From positions 60,001-92,000 of the forward strand of contig JAUWGH010000008.1 of assembly GCA_030606485.1 (NCBI GenBank): DNA of 32,000 nt. The letters are read 5' to 3'. The notes below the pieces were generated by a model that was given only the letters and a program-made list of their open reading frames with translations, was not told the DNA's origin and made no database searches. A program made the translations under genes and the position numbers. Source of the stretch: Promethearchaeota archaeon. GTDB taxonomy: Archaea > Asgardarchaeota > Lokiarchaeia > Sigyniarchaeales > SOKP01. Each line of letters opens with the position of its first letter. Within the stretch, counting starts at the first letter, position 1. Below are positions 27,281 to 32,000 of this stretch, piece by piece.

Positions 27281-28013
27281 TTACACCACCTCTACCTAAA
27301 TATGCTTCCAGTACAAGTTTATGATTGGCAACCTCCTGAGGGGTGCCATCAGTGATGAATTTACCTTGATGCATAGCAATCACTCTCGGAACTAAATTCA
27401 TTAATTCGCGTAATACATGCCCTGTAATAAAAATTGTAACACCTTCATTACTTAATCGTCTTATTAACGCATGTATATGTTCCTGTTCTTCATAAGAGAG
27501 ACCACTAAATGGTTCATCAAGAAGAAGTATCTGGGGATTAGTACCAGCAGCTTTACCAATCTCAAGTCTTCTCAAATCACCGTGAGGTAATATAACTGGT
27601 GGGAACCTAGCTTTATCTATAAGTCCCACTTCGGAAAGAATTCTACTCGCGTACTGGTCAATTCCTACTTTCTCAGCAGCCTTCTTACCTCTTGGTGAAA
27701 GACATGCAACAGAAACATTATCAAGCACTGACATATAATGAAATGATCTAACTAACTGAAATGTTCTCACAAGACCCAAATTTACAATTTGAAAAGGTTT
27801 TAACCCAGTAATATCCATCCCATCAAATCTGATTGAGCCCGAGTTAGGTTTTTCAAATCCAGAAATTAAATTAAAAACAGTAGTTTTGCCAGCACCATTT
27901 GGACCAATAAGCCCTACAAATTCTCCTCTTTGTATTTCAAAACTGAAGTCGTTAACAGCTGTTAATCCTCCAAACTTTTTCGTTAAATTTTTTATTTCCA
28001 AAATTACTCCCAT
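27273..28013 (-). CDS. livG: HAAT ABC transporter ATPase
   Basis: FGGLTAV, GPNGAGKTT, RTFQ, LLLDEP and AYLG. Confidence 0.93.
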   Translation of the reverse strand: MGVILEIKNLTKKFGGLTAVNDFSFEIQRGEFVGLIGPNGAGKTTVFNLISGFEKPNSGSIRFDGMDITGLKPFQIVNLGLVRTFQLVRSFHYMSVLDNVSVACLSPRGKKAAEKVGIDQYASRILSEVGLIDKARFPPVILPHGDLRRLEIGKAAGTNPQILLLDEPFSGLSYEEQEHIHALIRRLSNEGVTIFITGHVLRELMNLVPRVIAMHQGKFITDGTPQEVANHKLVLEAYLGRGGVIA

Positions 28014-28057
28014 TTTCTAAATCAACTTTTTCTTTTTTTTTTTTATATAATACCTTT

Positions 28058-29155
28058 TTATCTTCCTAATAAGAAATCATAAAATTCTCTTAGATGCTCT
28101 AAAGCTGGTTTTAATATTCCTTGTTCAGCAAAACGGATCATAATTATTAAGATGATAGCGGAAATTAATGTTGGAAAAAACAGAAAAACTGTACCAAACA
28201 TTCCCAAAGGTTTAAATAATTCATTAAATATAACCCAATAGACAAAAGCTCCTAAAACAGAACCAGATATTGTAGCGAGCCCACCTAGTGCTACCATAAC
28301 AATTGCATAAAATGAGTAGAGGGCTAGAAAAACCGAAGGATTTACAGCTCTTGAATTCATCGAAAAAAGTGAGCCTGCAATCCCTGCAAAAAAACCACTA
28401 ATCATAAATGCAATTAATTTATATTTCGTTGTATTAATACCTGAGGCATCCGCAGCCGATTCATCATCACGGATTGCTTTAAATATAGTTCCAACATTTG
28501 ATTTAATAATAATGATTAAAATAACAAAAGAGATTATCATAATAATCAAAATATAGAGGAAAGTTATAATAAGGTCTTCTGACATTGCGGGAAGTCCTGA
28601 GATTCCTTCTGTGCTTCCAAGAATGTCCTTTAATTCCCCCGACATAAATAAATTAAACATAATTAAACTAAATGCCATGGTTCCTAATGCCAAATATGGT
28701 CCTTTTAACCTAAGACAGGGAATGCCAACAAGCAAACCAACTAATACAGCCACAACAGCCCCAATGATCATAGAAAAAAACCAAGGTAATCCAGCCATTT
28801 TAACAAAAGCTGCTGCGACATAAGCCCCTACTCCGAAAAAAACGGAATGCCCAAAACTGACCTGTCCCGTAAATCCCGCCAAGAGATCCCAACTGGCAGC
28901 AAAAATTGAAAAAATCAAGAAAGAAATTAAAATAGTTGTAATGTAATCATCCATAGTAATAAGTGGAATAAGAATCGTGCCAATTATACATAATATAGTT
29001 AAGCTTCCTCTGAAAGTAAAAATCCACGCTTTAAAACTTTTTACTTGATGAGGAATTTCTTTATAAAAATTTCTAGTCGCTCTTGGTATCCCTAGAAAAA
29101 AATTTTTAGAACCCGCTACAGCATTAGAAAGTTTCCTTCTAATTTTTTTAGGCAA
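28058..29155 (-). CDS. livM: HAAT ABC transporter permease
   Basis: GQVSFGHSVFFGVGAY, LRLKGPYLAL, AIRDDE.AA..SGIN and LGGL..ISG. Start placed at the TTG at 29155 because GGAGGTG lies just upstream, overlapping the livH end; the ORF track begins at 29182. Confidence 0.9.
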   Translation of the reverse strand: MPKKIRRKLSNAVAGSKNFFLGIPRATRNFYKEIPHQVKSFKAWIFTFRGSLTILCIIGTILIPLITMDDYITTILISFLIFSIFAASWDLLAGFTGQVSFGHSVFFGVGAYVAAAFVKMAGLPWFFSMIIGAVVAVLVGLLVGIPCLRLKGPYLALGTMAFSLIMFNLFMSGELKDILGSTEGISGLPAMSEDLIITFLYILIIMIISFVILIIIIKSNVGTIFKAIRDDESAADASGINTTKYKLIAFMISGFFAGIAGSLFSMNSRAVNPSVFLALYSFYAIVMVALGGLATISGSVLGAFVYWVIFNELFKPLGMFGTVFLFFPTLISAIILIIMIRFAEQGILKPALEHLREFYDFLLGR

Positions 29156-29162
29156 TTTTTTA

Positions 29163-30026
29163 TTACACCTCCTTCTTTCCAAGCAAACCTTGAGGTCTAA
29201 CTAAAAGCATAACTACGATAACTAAAAGTGGAAATACTGTAGCTAAAGTTGGACTAATAAAAACACTGCAAAAAGTTTTTGCATATCCCATAATAAAGGC
29301 TCCAAGGACACATCCTGAGGTACTTCCCATACCTCCAAAAACAGTAACTGCAAAAGCGCTTAATAGAAAACTCCATCCCATATCAACTGTTATAGCAGAA
29401 GTGGGAGCATATAAAATTGCAGCCATACCCGCTAGAAAAGCAGAGATCATAACAGTTATCATAAGGATTCTATCTGCATTAACGCCCATAAGCAACGCTG
29501 CCTCACGATCTTGGGAAACTGCACGAATTGATTTACCAATCTTTGTTTTGCTAATAAATAATCCAACTAGAAATACAAGAATTAAAGATCCAATTATTAC
29601 AAAAATGAACTGAATTGGGAATGTAACTCCTAAAAACTCTACGCTACCGAAAATAAAAGGAGAAATATAATGTGGTTTAATTCCAGCTATTACTTTTACA
29701 AACTCCTGCATGAAAACGGCAAATGCAAATGTAACAATCACAACTCCTATGTGAGAGTCTTGTAAAGGTTTTATCAAAGCTAGATATACAACACCTCCTA
29801 TACTTATTGCAATAATTAATGAGAGTATTATACTAATTATAAGATTAATATATAAAACCCTAGAGGTTATGTAAAATACATAACAAGTAATTAAATAAAA
29901 AGCACCGTGACCTAAATTTAAAACACCCCCTACACCATACACCAGAGAAAAACCTAAAGCAAGCAGTGCTAATACTGACCCTTGCACTGTTCCAAAAATT
30001 AATACATTCTCAATTTGAAATATCAT
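29163..30026 (-). CDS. livH: HAAT ABC transporter permease
   Basis: ALGFSLVYGV..VLNLGHG, KIGKSIRAVSQDREAA.LMGVN and FGGMGS. Confidence 0.92.
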   Translation of the reverse strand: MIFQIENVLIFGTVQGSVLALLALGFSLVYGVGGVLNLGHGAFYLITCYVFYITSRVLYINLIISIILSLIIAISIGGVVYLALIKPLQDSHIGVVIVTFAFAVFMQEFVKVIAGIKPHYISPFIFGSVEFLGVTFPIQFIFVIIGSLILVFLVGLFISKTKIGKSIRAVSQDREAALLMGVNADRILMITVMISAFLAGMAAILYAPTSAITVDMGWSFLLSAFAVTVFGGMGSTSGCVLGAFIMGYAKTFCSVFISPTLATVFPLLVIVVMLLVRPQGLLGKKEV

Positions 30027-30410
30027 ATCAATTCATGCTCATTTAATCGTTATCTATGGTAAAATTTGATATTATTTTTATTACTTTTTATTCAACTTAA
30101 TTCTTTAAAAACGTTTTCTTTTTCTAATTCGATTATTAAGTTATTAATTTATTAACTTTATAAGCTAATTCTTTTAGAGGTTTGTTTATTTTTCTTAATA
30201 ACACTCTTACTTTTCATAAAAATTATTTTAAATCGTTAAATAAATAATTTTAAGGATATAAAAAAGTTAAACAATAAATTCTAATAAGATAATGAAATTT
30301 CATTTCTTTTGAGATCATCTAATTTTTTTAAAAATTTGAACCTAAATTCTGATTTTAAGATAGATAAATTAATAAAAATGGGTAAAAAGAATAGTTGATA
30401 TTATTAATTT

Positions 30411-30420
30411 AAAAAAAAAA
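30411..30420 (-). terminator. Putative T-run terminator after livK
   Basis: A10 on the + strand gives T10 on the coding strand, about 30 nt downstream of the livK stop. Confidence 0.45.
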
Positions 30421-30449
30421 TAGAGTTAAATTTGTTTTTCTTGTTAAAT

Positions 30450-31835
30450 TTAATCGTTTATACCCCAAGATGGAAATGTAATTGGTGCTGTTACAATAGT
30501 GTCTGGATAAAGAGCACCACCAGTTGTTATGCACTCTTTTGCTCCGCCCGCTTGCCATTGCACGAATAAGGTGACTCCATATGGCCAACCTGCCATTACA
30601 TCATGAGATTTTGTCCATCCAAATTCTAGTGTCGATACTGAAGTTAGACTTGGGTTTTCAGGAGTGATTGTCTCCATTTGAGCCACAAGGTCATCAGAAT
30701 CAATGGAATCACATGCTTCAATCACGTCTCTCATCATATATACGGTGTCATAGGAACCTACAGCCGTATAAAGGGGTGATTCACCGAAATTATCTATCCA
30801 TCTATCCCAAAATGCAATTGATTTTGGTGTTTTAGCGGTACGACATAATGTTTGCATTATAATTTCGTGTTCGCAACCTCCATTCGTATCAAACCAGTAA
30901 GAATCCAACTGTGCTTGAACATCAATTCCAGCAATAAGACATTTTGCTTGAATTTGTGCATATTGAGTGGTAAAAGTAATCCCTGTCGTTCCGGATATTA
31001 CGGGAATAACTAATTGGGCTCCAAGATCTTGTATGCTTTGCCATATTGTAGCGAAATCTTCGGATGTAGCAGTGATTGGATAGGCTATATCATCCAAGAT
31101 CTCATAACCGAATAAAGGTAAGTAAGCGTTTAGAGCAGCGTCCATTGGAAGTGTCCAGTCAAGATCCTCTCTTACAATCACAACTTTATTAACTGGTTTA
31201 TCTAACATTACTGGCAAAACCGCTGCAAATGCGGCAAAAAGAGTAATACATTGTCCTCCTAAGCTTGTAGAGTTGATAGGCATCGTTCTGAACATATATT
31301 TATATGTGTCGTAGTCATCAAGAACCTGTTGGGCGAAACAATCTGTAGACGCACCTGTATTAATAAAGACAATTTCTTCATCCATTACAATTTCTTGGTA
31401 TGCTAATAACGATTCCGTTCTGAATCCACCAATGATAAAGTGGGGTGTATGTTGTGTCATCATTTTCGTTGCGGCAGTCGTTCCCTTGGTTATATCGAGC
31501 TGGGCATCGGATTCAAAGGTATCCTCACCTACGATTCCAAAATAATACGTGTCAGTGCCGATTTTAAAGCCACCTGCAGTATTTATCTCATCTGCTGCCA
31601 TATATACTCCATTCCATTGACCTTCACCTTGTATATCAGTTAATGAGCCAAGAACTCCGATTTTAATTATTCGATTGCTTGCAACATCTTCTGGAGCTCC
31701 GGGAGTAAGAAGGATGCCTGGTTGAACTGCTCCATATTTAGGTACCAAAAAAATGATTCCGAGTGGAATACCTACTCCGGCAATTATAGCAATTATCACA
31801 ACGACAATAATTATATTTCTAGTTTTTGTTTCCAT
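30450..31835 (-). CDS. livK: Membrane-anchored ABC substrate-binding protein, LivK/PBP type I family
   Basis: N-terminal TM helix, then IKIGVLG, A.DEIN.AGG, IIGGFRTE, FR..P.N and SYD.VY. Lies upstream of livHMGF. Confidence 0.85.
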   Translation of the reverse strand: METKTRNIIIVVVIIAIIAGVGIPLGIIFLVPKYGAVQPGILLTPGAPEDVASNRIIKIGVLGSLTDIQGEGQWNGVYMAADEINTAGGFKIGTDTYYFGIVGEDTFESDAQLDITKGTTAATKMMTQHTPHFIIGGFRTESLLAYQEIVMDEEIVFINTGASTDCFAQQVLDDYDTYKYMFRTMPINSTSLGGQCITLFAAFAAVLPVMLDKPVNKVVIVREDLDWTLPMDAALNAYLPLFGYEILDDIAYPITATSEDFATIWQSIQDLGAQLVIPVISGTTGITFTTQYAQIQAKCLIAGIDVQAQLDSYWFDTNGGCEHEIIMQTLCRTAKTPKSIAFWDRWIDNFGESPLYTAVGSYDTVYMMRDVIEACDSIDSDDLVAQMETITPENPSLTSVSTLEFGWTKSHDVMAGWPYGVTLFVQWQAGGAKECITTGGALYPDTIVTAPITFPSWGIND

Positions 31836-32000
31836 ATTTCATATCACTTTTTAAAAAAATTTTTATTGTTATATCGATTTAATATTCATTTTATCTCTAT
31901 TTAAATATTATTACATTTTAATCAAAAAACCATATTTTTGTCTAAAAATCGTCAAAAATTTTTAACATTTATGAGAATATAAAAAAGTTTAATTAAATTT

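Noticed and set aside
28026-28045. Long T/A homopolymer between livM and livG
   Set aside because: It is intergenic and A-rich on the coding strand, so it is neither a terminator nor a frameshift site, and both flanking ORFs are intact.
1-32000. tRNA, rRNA, CRISPR arrays and IS elements
   Set aside because: All intergenic regions are short and extremely AT-rich, with no structured GC-rich RNA, no regularly spaced repeats and no transposase or integrase ORF seen.

Overview
AT-rich, gene-dense prokaryotic window with about 26 CDS. I found no rRNA, tRNA, CRISPR array or transposase. Archaeal-style signals (GGAGG/GGTG ribosome-binding sites, T-run terminators, TFS/RpoM-like zinc ribbon, archaeal RNase J-like beta-CASP nuclease, DhnA-type aldolase, tungsten AOR) and a repertoire rich in SCP2, CCG, acyl-CoA ligase and HEAT proteins suggest an Asgard archaeon (Lokiarchaeia/Promethearchaeota-like); this is inferred, not verified. 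The left half is a mixed housekeeping/lipid region: TauE, divergent UbiA, prenyltransferase-repeat protein, AmmeMemoRadiSam rSAM, UvrD, RNase J-like, DMT, LbH membrane protein, receiver, GDPD, TFS-N, SCP2, CCG protein, aldolase, coiled coil and B12-rSAM. The right half is a catabolic/redox block: an HdrD-like protein with a 517-aa GltD/NfnB-like module inserted inside its first CCG domain, AOR plus 4Fe-4S subunit, acyl-CoA ligase, and a Liv-type ABC importer whose last gene is a 13-repeat HEAT solenoid. The best leads are the HdrD::GltD insertion, the HEAT protein coupled to the ABC importer, the TFS-like protein lacking its cleavage domain, and the RNase J-like nuclease with an extra ~150-aa segment.
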